The notes beneath the pieces were generated by a model, which saw only the letters and a program-made list of their open reading frames with translations, was not told where the DNA came from and made no database searches. DNA of 63,995 nt, filler included, from Blastocystis sp. subtype 4 (Eukaryota), in assembly GCF_000743755.1 (NCBI RefSeq). It is 3 parts of 3 records of this genome, joined end to end, with 100 filler letters (N's around TTAATTAATTAA, not from the genome) between each part and the next. Parts side by side here need not be neighbours in the genome. Positions count along the whole stretch, not along the records: positions 1 to 22,789 come from NW_014569364.1; positions 22,890 to 44,654 come from NW_014569363.1; 1 more part is not named here. One strand, given 5' to 3'. This document shows, piece after piece, positions 12,051 to 24,107 of this stretch (the stretch's first letter is position 1; each line of letters starts with the position of its first letter). Both the position numbers and the translations under genes were made by a program.

Positions 12051-13791
12051 ATACACGAATATCTAACAAATAAACCTGAGATTCTTGAGTCGCTAAACAT
12101 AATAGATCCCCCGCTGTGTTGAAGGACATATCGTACACATGACCGTTGGCTTTATAAGATCGAACTAGCTCATTGGACTATATCTCACTTCATCGAATGA
12201 ATGATACAGATATATCGTGGATATAAACGCATTTATCCTTCCCAACACTAGCTAGTAGCTTTGAATACTTGCCATTAGACTGAGCCAGATGCTTAACAGC
12301 TGCTCTATGCATCAGATTATTCAGTTACCAGTACTCATGATCTGTAAATGTCATAACCGCAGCTGCTTTAGAGATATCAAATATTTTTACAGTCTTGTCA
12401 TTACTACAAGAATAGAACACAGTCGCATCTTGATTTGAAGGGAGCACTTGATTCACCTCTCCAGAATGTGATACAAAATCAAACACAGAACTAATCTTCT
12501 CTTCATTCCATAGCTAATACTCAATCAAATTCATCAATGTAACTTTTATCACACCATCTTCAGCTCCTGTAATCAGTACACGGTTATCCTTTGTCCAAGC
12601 AAAACTGTTTACTTCTCCCTAGTAATGACTTGAATTCAATACAATCACATCATGACCACAGAGAATGTGGAGATGGGTTTGATTTGATAGAGGACTAAGA
12701 TTCACATTAACGATCCGATTTAGATTGTCAATAAAAGTGAAATATGAATCATCTCGCCAATGACTATCCAAAATCACGACTATTAATGACATTCCAGAAT
12801 AGAACCTACGATTGGAATTCAACACTTGTTCACTTCCAATTTGTCTATCTCGATCATTGATTGTCACCACATCATATTCCTGATCCACTCCCTCAGGAGT
12901 GAGTGAATACACATAGAATGAAGGTAATGCGCCTGTAACTAAGATTCGAGAGCTTGAAGGAGAGAATGAAGCATTGAAAACAGGGGCTTTGTGAGTACAG
13001 AGTGACATACATGATGAACCGCCATCTCGCCAGAGTTTGACTTCACCATCATAGGAGGCTGTAAGTAGTTCGGTTCCATCGCTCTGAATATGAGGCAAGC
13101 AATAAACACTCACATTCCAGTCGATACTAGTTATCACATTCTCTCCCTCTGCAGAAATGGTATGAGAAAGAACAGGACCCTCTTTGATCTCCAACGGCTC
13201 GTCCTTAGCAGGAGAAGGAACATCCCAGAGACGAATAGTAGAATCAGCTGAGCTAGAAATGATCCCAATAAAGCACACCAAACCCTGTAGCCAAAACTGT
13301 AGAATGAGGATTCCAACGACACGAAAACACGTTCTTAGAATGACCTTCAACCGATTTCACTCGTGTCGTCGAAATCTCTTTGGACACTGATTCTTCCTCC
13401 ATTTGGTTGTCTTCCACTTATTGTTAACGAATTCTCGTAGACTTACCAAGTTCATGCTTTCGAGACATGCATTTGTGTGGACGAAGTAGGGAAAATACTC
13501 CTACACAATCGATTTCACTTCCATCCTTGGAATTATCAACTCACAAAGCTAAATACGTCACGCACATGTGCCTCTAACTCAGTAAATTGAAGGGCTTTAC
13601 GGAGAAGTGAAATTAAAGCTCCTGGTTCACATTCCTCATCACAAACCTTTGTATCCGCAATCATACTCTCATAACCAAATATGAATGCAGAATGCTCAAA
13701 ACCTAGGATTCAACAAATAGCCTTGATGAATACCCGATTCCTGTAAATATCGGTAAATCAAATAGTTCACTTCCTCTGAACGAATGGACAT
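12051..13791 (-). CDS. TBL1XR1: TBL1/SIF2/HOS15-family LisH and WD40 corepressor; stop probably completed by poly(A)
   Basis: [24 protein letters not shown]...PGALISLLRKAL; WD repeats; ends YLLDIRV T|TGAT TGTTTCTT, close to the family end VLDLRK. Confidence 0.88.
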
Positions 13792-13914
13792 AAGTATTCT
13801 ACTCTGTTGAAGCAGTGGCTTTTAAGAAAAAGCGGCTTTGACTCCAATTTGAAATGAACAAAATAGGGCTGATTGTCAAATTTCCAAGAAACAAAGATAT
13901 ATTTGATATCATAA

Positions 13915-15776
13915 TCACTCCACATCAAAACGATTTCGTTTAGGTTCTCCTTCACTAGGGAAGAAGGTTCTCCTATGTGAGTTCAGCCGAGAACCATAAG
14001 GAGGCTCCTTATCATTGAACCGATTCCAAGAGTCCATCGGAGGTTTTTGTTGTCCTTGAATCGTCTGTAGTATATCAGAGGCTTCATGTCCTTGCTGAGT
14101 TAATACATTGGCACATGTTCTCTAGACATAATAAAAACACCAGAATTCCCACCCAGTCTTCACAGCAATTCCTCAGTTGCTTCAGCCGTTGACTACAGAA
14201 CGAAGTAGCTCCAATGATGTTAAGATCGAGTTGTGATAATCCCTCGATCTCCGGAATGCGTTTTCGAAGCATAAAATACGAGTTTCGAAGTGATAAAATG
14301 GCATCTTCAATTTCATTCACTGTTCGACCAGGTGTATTCTTTGGAGTCCATATATCTGAACAACGATGAAGAAAATCGATGAGTTGAGGATTAGCGAAAC
14401 GTGATTCCTTTGGAGTTTCATTTCGTCTCTTCTCACTTTCTTCAAGTCTTTTAGTTAACTCAGCAAGTTTATTTTCATAATCAGTTCGCATATCCGAACA
14501 TCGCTTCTTCTCATCCGCTATTGCTGCTACTAAACTCGCCTTCTCCTTCTCAAATGATTTATTATCTTCTTTTGGAGTTTGTTTATTTGGAATTCTGATA
14601 TCCGAACTATCTATCTGAATCCGAAAGTCGTACAAAGTCTTGTCTTTTGAAAATGTGCTCATGAGTTGACGCTTCTTCTCAGCCGAAACTATACAATTAG
14701 GAACGATTTCTGGAATGACCAATAAAGTTAAGAACCTCGATTTGCACCTCCTTTGCAGTTTGTATTGTTGTAGTAAATTTGGCAATGCCTTGCAGAAGCA
14801 CAAGACTCCCTAAATGAACATCCATCGGCATTCATACATGGAATAACTACCTCACCCACAATGGACAATAATCTCTGCTCACTGCACTGGATACTGGGGA
14901 TCACCTCTATCATCTTCGAATCTGGAATCAAGATTCAAACGAATAACATACCACGAACTGTGATTCGTTTGAAGTCTTTCCTACAGTTCTGACAGATACG
15001 ATTGATAAGTAACCAGAAGTGAATCTCGGACAGATTCGGATCTGAATCACATAGAATCATCACACCATACAGCAAATGTGAAAGTTTGGAATATAATCAA
15101 GCTGATTCAGTTCGAGAAGTTGACGAAATCGGCGTTCTGTGATTCCTTCAATGGAAATCTCCGAATATGGAACTGGAGACGAATACATCACTGGAATCTG
15201 CAGGTTAGAAAGACTGATTAACATTACGATAACCAAATATAACACATCTCCATCGTTCAGATTGTGACTGTTTATGGTACTATTGGGAGGCAGAACCCCT
15301 GAGCAATTGTAGATGCAAATACTATCAGGACACTTTAGAAACGACTACTGGGAAATTTCACTCCCATTTCTACCCTAACATTCTCGGCAATGTCTCGAAT
15401 CAGTGATGATCCAAATACAGTCTGTTCGAATCGTTCTTTCGTTAAAACAGAGAGAATGTGCAACTAGGTAAGAGCAGACCCATAGAAGTACCGAGATTCC
15501 AGATGAAGAAGAGGGAGATTCCATCGGAGGGAAGCCACTAGCCGATGGATGGACAACATCAGATGACTTGTCGTTTCTTTTAGAAACAGAATTATATGTT
15601 TTTTCCACAGTGATATCGTAAATAGTTCCATTTCCTAACGTGTCTGGAGAATCTCGGAGACTTAGCACCGTCTTATCCAATCGCAATCTACAATTTTGCT
15701 CATCCAATTCTTTTGAGACATTGGAACACTTCTATAAGGGAAAACACTCCAACAATCATTACTCGTAGAAACTCAT
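13915..15776 (-). CDS. Hypothetical multi-exon protein with a coiled-coil region
   Basis: Minus-strand ORFs joined by about 30-nt introns; coiled coil EKEKASLVAAIADEKKR; stop at 13915 followed by a TCTTTGTT variant. Confidence 0.55.
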
Positions 15777-15892
15777 GGAAACAATCTCGAAAAGTGTTTC
15801 CTGGGATCACATCGATCGTCACAATGTTGCTTCCGTAAATAAAACGAAGCTTCATCAAGAACAATGATCCCTTCAACAAACAAATCCAAACA

Positions 15893-18835
15893 TTAGAAGA
15901 CCTTTAAAGGATGACATTCAGTATTAAACACAACTTTATCAAAGTCCACAAGAGGAGAAGGACGGAATAACAAATACAAATACTTGATAGTCTCAGCAGG
16001 GAAAAAACTCTCCATTCGATCTGCAGCATAAGCATTTGGCAGTAGGACATCTGGATACTCACCATATCCATATTTGGTTTTACAATTACCTTCAATCGCT
16101 TTATAAATATCGTATCCCCATTCTCTACGTCTTATCACTCACATCAACTCATACACATAAATTGGGTCCTTTGTAATTGTATATAAGATATATAAACTCT
16201 CTACAACCTCTGGTCGCAGAAGATACTTCCTTCCAGTCACTCCAGAAGACATCCCCTTATCATCCACAAAAGTCACATATTCAGGTGATAGTCCCGAAGG
16301 CATAGACTTGTACATTTGATAACATGTATACCTAGATATGAATAACATATATCAAACGAACATCAAACCCCGAGCAGTTGTCAAATCTCGAATTCGTCTT
16401 TTATCATTTGTTTCGTGATGAGCACCTAGCCCCAACATTCCACTTACAAAACATGTCAAGTGTTGCATATTCTTCACCAATCGTGTTCCTCGTCGCTCTC
16501 CCACAAACATATACCCATCCTTCTTACTGGTTCCAAAGAGGAGTTTCATCATACCATCAATTGAAGCATCATACTGGTCCTTCAATCGTTTCTCCTGCTT
16601 TCCTCCTTGGAGCCATGCCTTCAAAAGATACTCGTAGTATGAGTCTCCGAGAGCTCCAAATCCGAAGTTCATACCACGAGGCTGTGATGTCAGACGATCC
16701 AGGTGACTGTTAAGTCCCTTAGAATAGGTGCGAATTAGGATATGATTAATGGGACAAGTCCTTCAGTATGATTCAATGCAATAATGTGATCATAGATTTG
16801 ATCAATCAACTTCTCATACGAGGTATCATGAGTGTGTTTGGAGAGATATCGAAACTCCAGAGAGAGACTTCCAAACTCAGCCAGCATTACTTTGTTTGTG
16901 TCCACAGCTGAGTGATTCCTAGGGTTAATTTTGGACTACAAATGAAGAGAAAAAGAAAGAAATCACTGTGGGGAAGGTAAGCTCATCTGTGAAAGCTACT
17001 TTCAAAAGTTGCCCCACTTCTTTCGCTTTCTCTAATAACCCTTCACGTCCACTCAAATCATATGCACTTAACAGACCTCCCAGTAGTCGAATATTATATT
17101 CAAACACAGAAACATTCTGATCCGAAGTCATATCCAAATGATCGATCACCCATGTACATGCCTCCTCAAACTCTTCTTTCATATCCATTACATACAGTGT
17201 ATCAAGACTATCCACCAATGTCATTCCTACTCCACCCCACACATCAGAATATCCTCCAGACACTGGCTTCAACTCATCATGACCAAATGCTCTTTCACGA
17301 TAACTAATCGTCATTCAATTCACTTTTATATACTTCTTCCAGAGATGTTCCATACTACGTTTCACAGCAGCAGCACGACCTTCATTAAGGACATGATAAT
17401 GCTTCTCCAAATGAGAAGGTAATGAGAAGTGATATTGACCCGTCTTCAAAAATCGAGTGTCCTTATTACGAAGAGACTGTTTAAATATTTCTAATTCAGA
17501 TTGATCATTTCGAAGACGACTTTTACGTCTCTCTGTATCTATTTCTAATTCATTTAAATTCATTTCAAACTATCAACAATCAAATGATCAAAATCGAGGC
17601 CATTGGGATTCTTATCATCTTCCTCTTCTTCTTCATCTTGTAATACTGTTGACGAATTCGACATATTTGGAGAATCCTCTTCTTCATCCTCTTCAAGTAC
17701 TCCCTCATCATCAATCTATTCATCATTCCCAAGTCACATGATCACTGGTGAAACACCCAACAGATGGGATGATTGACCAATTCGTTCTGATAACACTTCT
17801 GGTCGTAATTTGATAAACAATCGTTCATGCTCTTCAATACCAGGAACATGTCGATAACGGGCCAAATCAGCAATATCTGTACCAGATAGAGCTGAATTGT
17901 AAATCATTACACTGGCAAGACAGCCTATGAATGGATATTTGTTATCATAAAATGAGCCAATATGATAAGGAATAGTACTCTGAAGAGTACGAACAGATTT
18001 GAGAGTATCAAGATGTTCACCATTCATAAAGATGTCCATTCGAACTGGATAGCGGACTCCTCGATTCTTTCCATCTATTTCTAATTATCTATTGTCAAGA
18101 AATACCTGTTCGGCGGAACACAACAGCAAGATGCGTCCATTTTGTTAAACTAGATTTATCAATGGATCAAAGGTGTTACTCATCAACCACACGAACTGCG
18201 AATTCCTGGCAAGGGTCATCATGAGTCGAAAAACGAATAACAACATATCTAAAGTAAAACAGGATACAAGGGAAGGTACTGCTCTTCTGCGCTCATAACA
18301 TCTACATAGATTCCAAATCCATTCGTATTCAAATCCCCAAAAGCGCGCGTCCCACATTTGGAATCTCGATTACTAATCAAGGTTCTTTTGCTTCGTTGTC
18401 CCAACCTTGATAAATAAAACCATATAGAAATCTATATCTAAACTAAAGAAACAAGAACCACAGTTTGAGAGTAGAAATCCATAACTGCTGATGATTCGAT
18501 ATACGATAGACCATCAAAATCGTATCCAAGACTACAGATAATGTCTCCTCAGTGCCAACTACACAGGATGTATCTTTTCTGAACCTGTAACCTTTGAAGA
18601 ATCATCTGTACTGATTGCATAACTAGAAATATCAAATAAAACAGTAAAAACCTACCCTGAACGAAATGGATTATCACCTAGCTTCGTTCCCATTATAATA
18701 AAAACCATTGCAGAGATTCCAACTACTATACAAATGCAGAAAAGAAACAGAAAAGACGTGATCAACTTATCTAGAATCGTTCTCTTACGTCTTCCTACAT
18801 CTTATACTTTCAATGTGTCATCAACCTTTAGCCAT
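15893..18835 (-). CDS. Class I alpha-1,2-mannosidase (GH47) with N-terminal TM anchor and a LamG-like domain
   Basis: AFGHDELKPVS, TLVDSLDTL, SVFEYNIRLLGGLLSAY, GALGDSYYEYLLK, LRPEVVES, MESFFPAETIKYLYL, FNTECHPL; LamG-like WTHLAVV...IFMNG...IYNSALS. Confidence 0.9.
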
Positions 18836-19320
18836 CTTTGCGCAATCAATTGTATAGTGAACTCTCATCGATTCCCGCGGTTCTAGTGGATTCTAAAAAA
18901 GAAAGACGAAGATAGAAGAATGAATGAAAGTATAGGTATCTGAAGCCTTTAAAGAGTATTGGAAACAAGAAACAGCCATTATGGTAAGCACTTCTACCAA
19001 CTCTTCAACCATGATAAAGGCATTCCGATGAATACATTTGACCATAAATTAGTCCATATTCGGTAATAATACTGTTTCTTACAAACATGATGAATTTGCT
19101 TGACTTCGTACCCGGAAAGGAATAAATCATTGTTTCAAATCAATTGCAGTCGCTAGTAACCACAACACAACAATTGATTGTTTTCCCTGCCACAATCTTC
19201 ACCAGGTTATAGATCCATCTAGAAATGGCAGTAGTCTGGAATGAGGAGTGTTATTATGATTGCATATGGAGTTTCATTTTTATTGTCATGTAACTCCCTT
19301 TTTTTTGCATTATCTATAGT

Positions 19321-21581
19321 ATGGGATTAATACGGATCTTCCACCTTATTTGGTTTCTATTTGTAGCAGTAGTCGGTGAGAAGAAGGTACTGATAGCTTT
19401 GGTTTCTCAATCATAGGAACCTATTGTTATTACTGCAGTTACACAGAGTTACTCTGAAGAAACAAGGATTCTATTTGATTCCGTGTTGCTAAACTATCTA
19501 TTTAATAAGCAGGGAGTATTGTGAGTGATTAACACTTAGACGGAGTAACGAGTATTATATTAATGTTATTCCAGCTGGAGGGATGCAGTGGGATAGTGAG
19601 AAAAAGGATATTGTTTGTGAGCAGGGAAATGATCAATGTTATCGTAACTTGCTTCAATACTGCGCTATCCGAGAATATTCATTTGAGTTTTCTCATGAAT
19701 TTGTGCGTTGTATTCAGTTGGAAGCATTTGAAAGGGTTAACAAATAGGAGATCATCAACGACTTACAAATCATGTAAACGTTTCGGAGATATGGAATACA
19801 ATGAAATTGACAAGTGCATGAGAAATCGAAAGCAAGTGAGGAATTGGCGCGGTTCTAAACTGTAGATGGCAAAAGAACTAATTGAATTAGGCAAATTACA
19901 TTCATCGGATAAGGATAATTCTGTTCCTCGTCTCTTTATTAATCATCGTCGCCTCTCTCTATCACAATTGCAATCAAATCCTCAAAGCGTTTTCGATCGA
20001 ATTCAATACCGACTCTGTAGTTTACCTTCAAGTCAAACTGATTTTCCCTCCATATGCAAGGATGATTATCGTGTGAATGTCGAATCTACTGTAACTGATA
20101 TCAAACGAATTGAATAATAGAATATTTTGATTCAAGAACAGGAACGTCGAAAGCAACGTACATCTGTTCGGCAAATCAAATACTCAAATACTGTCTATAC
20201 AAATCGTACCTTACTCGCATTTTCAAACACAATTCAGCATCCTGTTGTTGAAGTAACAGTACTTGTGGATGTGAATCATCCTATCGGAGATGTTGTGTAT
20301 TCTCAGCTTTCTGAACTAAATAGTCACAAGTATGAAGATATTTCAACGATTCGTTTCATTCCAATACTTCAGAAGCCGTTATCCAATTGTCATGATTTCC
20401 AATGTGAAAAATATCGTGCTATTTTGTGTGGTTTCTATGCATCTCCATCCAAAACTGAACAGTTAGGTTTCCAATTTTGTGTTCTGACACACCATGAAGG
20501 AGATGTAATTGCCATCATGAAGAAGTGTTCTCGTGAGCATACTATATTTTATCCTATCATTGATTCTTGCATTCATTCCCCTGAACCTGAGAATCTTGTA
20601 TCCAATATGACTCGATATGCAATTGAGAGTATTCAAAATATGAAGGATACGACTATGGAGATGAAATTGGCGGCAGAAGATGAGAGTGAATTAGAAGAGG
20701 AAGAAGATCTGGTTTCAATAGAGATTGATACGGATCTGAAACCTGTTTCATTTAGTGACGAAACACTCATTCCTTCGCTTCTTCCTCTCACCATTCTTGT
20801 CAATCATCATGTGATCATTCTGGATACTCCACTTTCAAAACATGTTTGTGATGCCATTCCAGATTCAACACCACTTGTATGTAGTGGAATTCAACCGGTG
20901 TTAAAAAACACTCCGAATTTGGATATTCCACAAATCGATGTATATTTGCATATTGGTTGTAAAAGCAATCTCCAATCATTAGATGGTCTATTTGATTGGT
21001 TCATTGCTTATCCTGAGTATGTTATATGAAGTGCCTCTGAGTATAGAATTGAACAGTCGATAAGAATTGTCCTTCATCCAGATGTCGATATGCTGATTGA
21101 TGAAAATGAGGCTGGTTATATGGAGTTGAGGACACCATTAGATCATCATCATATTGCTACTGTTATGGCTTCACAATGTGCTTGGGAGATCAATGATCAA
21201 TCATCCCAGTTTTGGCCATTTGTTCGATGTTTGATGGAGTAAAAGAGAGAGAAAGAGATCACAAGTAGGCATATCCCTCGATCCTCATCCTCTGTACAGA
21301 AATGTGCTGATACTCATGGTTATGATGTACGGATGTTAAAAGAATGTATTGATTCTCCTGATGTGTTGGAGAAAATGTGGAAACGAAAAGTTTATGATCG
21401 CCACCATGAGTTCTGGGTAAGTGTGAGTCCGTATGTATCTGTTAATGGAGAGCATTTACCACGAATTGAAGAAATCCCTCAATGGATATGCAAACGCATA
21501 GGAGAGGAGAAGGAAGCATGTCAGAATATGCCGCAATTGGGTGAAGGAAAAGGTTACTGTCTGATTAAAGTGATTCATTAA
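19321..21581 (+). CDS. Secreted protein with about three tandem GILT-like thioredoxin-fold domains
   Basis: Signal peptide MGLIRIFHLIWFLFVAVVG; VCEQGNDQCYRNLLQYCAI resembles GILT CQHGxxECxxN; repeated C-x(10)-C plus PxxxxNG/H ends. Confidence 0.65.
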
Positions 21582-21696
21582 TTGTACTCTGGATTATGTT
21601 TGTATAAGCAAAGAGATGATAACATATGAAACTAGTATCTTGGATAAAACGAATGATAAAAGTATTTAAATATGAACCTTAGAGATTATTTGAATA

Positions 21697-21778
21697 GCAA
21701 GCGTGACCGAGTGGTCCAAGGTGCTACGTTCAGGTCGTAGTGTGTTCGCACGCGTGGGTTCGAGTCCCACCGCTTGCA
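21697..21778 (+). tRNA. tRNA-Leu(CAG)
   Basis: Acceptor GCAAGCG/CGCTTGC, anticodon arm CTACG-TT CAG GT-CGTAG, long variable arm, GTTCGAG, discriminator A, T-run terminator. Confidence 0.95.
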
Positions 21779-21872
21779 TTTTTCATTCTCCAAACTCTTN
21801 AGTGATCTTTGATTATCAAATCACGAATCACTATTCAATAAGAACCACTGATTTCTTCATAGCTTCCTCATT

Positions 21873-22789
21873 ATGGTATACAATGAGTTGTATTGTGTAA
21901 TAGACAGAGTTTTGTCAAGGTTGTCAAGAGCAAGGCTTATTTCAAGCGTTTCCAGACCAAGCTTCGTCGTCGTCGCGGTATTTGATTATGAAGTGATATG
22001 TAATGGAATAGAGGGAAAGACAGATTACTATGCTCGTAAGAGACTGATTACCCAGGCGAAGAATAAGTACAACACTCCTAAGTACAGACTTGTGGCTCGT
22101 ATCACAAACCGCAAGGTGATTGCTCAGATTGTGTCTGCTGAGATCATTGGTGATCGTGTGTTGTGTGCTGCTACTTCAGCTGAGCTTCCTCGTTATGGAG
22201 TGAAGCTGGGTCTGACGAACTATGCGGCTGCTTACTGCACTGGTTTGCTGTGTGCTCGTCGTCTGTTGGCGAAGTTGGGTATGGCTGAGATGTACAAGGG
22301 CAACGAGAAGATCGATGGTGAGATTAAGACATGCGAGGGAGAGAAGAAGACTCACTATGTTGCTGAGTTGGGCGAGAAGCGTCCTTTCCGCTGCTATTTG
22401 GATGTGGGTCTGCGTCGTACGACAACTGGAGCTCGTGTGTTTGCTGTGCTGAAGGGATGCAATGATGGTGGTCTGGATATTCCTCATCGCAACACTCGTT
22501 TCTATGGTTATGACCGTCAGGAGAAGAGTTATGATGCTGAGGCTCATCGTGATAAGATCTTCGGTAAGCCCATTGCTGAGTACATGAACTCCCTGAAGGA
22601 GGAGGATCCGGAGTTGTATGAGAAGCAGTTCTCTCGCTACATCAAGAACGGTATCACTGGAGACATGTTGGAGGAGATCTATGCCAATGCTCACAAGGCT
22701 ATTCGTGCTGATCCTTCTCCTGCCAAGAAGTCTGACGTCGATTATGCTACTCTCTTCAAGAAGTTCGCTCATCCCAAGAAGCTGACTCT
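21873..22789 (+). CDS. RPL5: 60S ribosomal protein L5 (uL18), 3' end lost in the gap
   Basis: [51 protein letters not shown]...GLTNYAAAY. Confidence 0.98.
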
Positions 22790-22889
22790 NNNNNNNNNNN
22801 NNNNNNNNNNNNNNNNNNNNNNNNNNNNNNNNNTTAATTAATTAANNNNNNNNNNNNNNNNNNNNNNNNNNNNNNNNNNNNNNNNNNNN
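22790..22889. other. Artificial scaffold gap with TTAATTAATTAA linker
   Basis: 100-nt block of Ns containing a six-frame stop linker. Confidence 0.97.
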
Positions 22890-23126
22890 AGAATGAAATG
22901 GATTGATGATTGTGAATTGATTGTTACTAGTTGTATTGAATCTCTGTTTATTGATGATCGTTTCAATCCTGATATATCATCATTGATATTGAACAATTCA
23001 TTGATATCATTGAAACGAATTGAGATAGGAGATGATTGTTTTGAGAATGTGAATCGATTTGTGATTGATGGATTCTATTGTCTGATATGCCGGTTGTTTT
23101 GTTCAGTTTTTTCGATTGAGGAGTGA
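22890..23126 (+). pseudogene. Fragment of a BspA-like LRR repeat protein
   Basis: SLKRIEIGDDCFENVNRFVIDG repeat unit; cut by the gap and degenerating after one repeat. Confidence 0.5.
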
Positions 23127-23367
23127 CACATCAGGTAAATGTACTATCTACTGAGTTACACTTCTCTTTGTTAACATCATTTAATGAATTGAAGCTGAAT
23201 AGCATATTATCCACAGACTACACCTAGAACCCGTTCCTCTAAACTCATGTGACAAAATGAGAACGTTGTGTAAAAGTATATTATGCCTCTTCTTTTAAGA
23301 ATTATTAAATAGAGCCACAAATCTTGAAGAGCCAAGAGGACAAGCCGCAAATAGTCTACTATCCACA

Positions 23368-24020
23368 ATGTCGTTTAGGTTACTCAAAAATCCCTGGATA
23401 TCAGTCCCATTCGCAGTAGTCTCTGCATTTGTATATCCTGAAGATCAACTGTCTTGACTTTCCCTGACTTCCACAATCAATGAACGCATTGGATGCATTG
23501 CGATGATCGATGGAAAATCGATGCAACCCACCCTCAATCCAAACACAGATGGTAAGAGGAAACGAGAATGGGTATTAGTGAACAAACTTAGGGTACGAAA
23601 CTATCAGCTGAATCGAGGTGATGTTGTGATGCTAAAGTAGAGGCTTTAAAACGGTTGCATTATCTAGATCGCCTCAGGATCCAACCCGCTATCTTGTCAA
23701 ACGGATTGTTGGATTACCAGGTGATTGGCTGCAAATTGAAGGAAACAAACTCGTATGGTAGAATAGGTAGTGTCAAAGTACAGATTGAGATTGAAAAGGG
23801 GCATTGCTGGGTAGAAGGAGATAATTACAAGAATAGTATAGATAGTTATCGATTTGGACAGGTTTCTTCTTTTTTCTGTTTTTTTCAATCTAGATTCCTC
23901 TAGGATTAGTGGAAGGAACCATTCAGTATATCATCTTTCCTTTTCGACGGATAGGAAGGATTGCTCCGTTTTCGAGTCCTATTACTCGTATTGTTTTTAA
24001 AGAAGGTGAGACCAGACATT
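23368..24020 (+). CDS. IMMP2L: Mitochondrial inner membrane protease subunit (IMP2-like, S26); stop probably completed by poly(A)
   Basis: DGKSMQPTLNP, RGDVVML|KSPQDP, VKRIVGLPGD, GHCWVEGDN...DSYRFG; ends ETRH T|TTTA TGTTTGTT (24025-24032). Confidence 0.9.
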
Positions 24021-24107
24021 TTTATGTTTGTTTCAAGCATTTTGAAGCTGTTTGAAACATGCGACTGTTGGCCAATCAGATTGCGGGAATGAATCTCACA
24101 CTCAATA

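Noticed and set aside
12065..12072. TATTTGTT on the minus strand as the TBL1 poly(A) motif
   Set aside because: It lies within the conserved VYLLDIR coding end and would create no stop; the motif at 12039-12046 fits better.
21697..21778. Possible CUG reassignment by the CAG tRNA
   Set aside because: Discriminator A fits Leu identity, and CTG codons fall at conserved Leu positions (e.g. ELG in fumarase, LG in RPL5).
22176..22772. 198-aa ORF antisense to RPL5 (similar shadows on RPL26, RPS19, RPS20, SDHC)
   Set aside because: Expected by-product of codon bias in highly expressed genes.
22834..22845. Palindromic TTAATTAATTAA, repeated at 44699-44710
   Set aside because: Sits inside identical N blocks; it is an assembly linker with stops in six frames.
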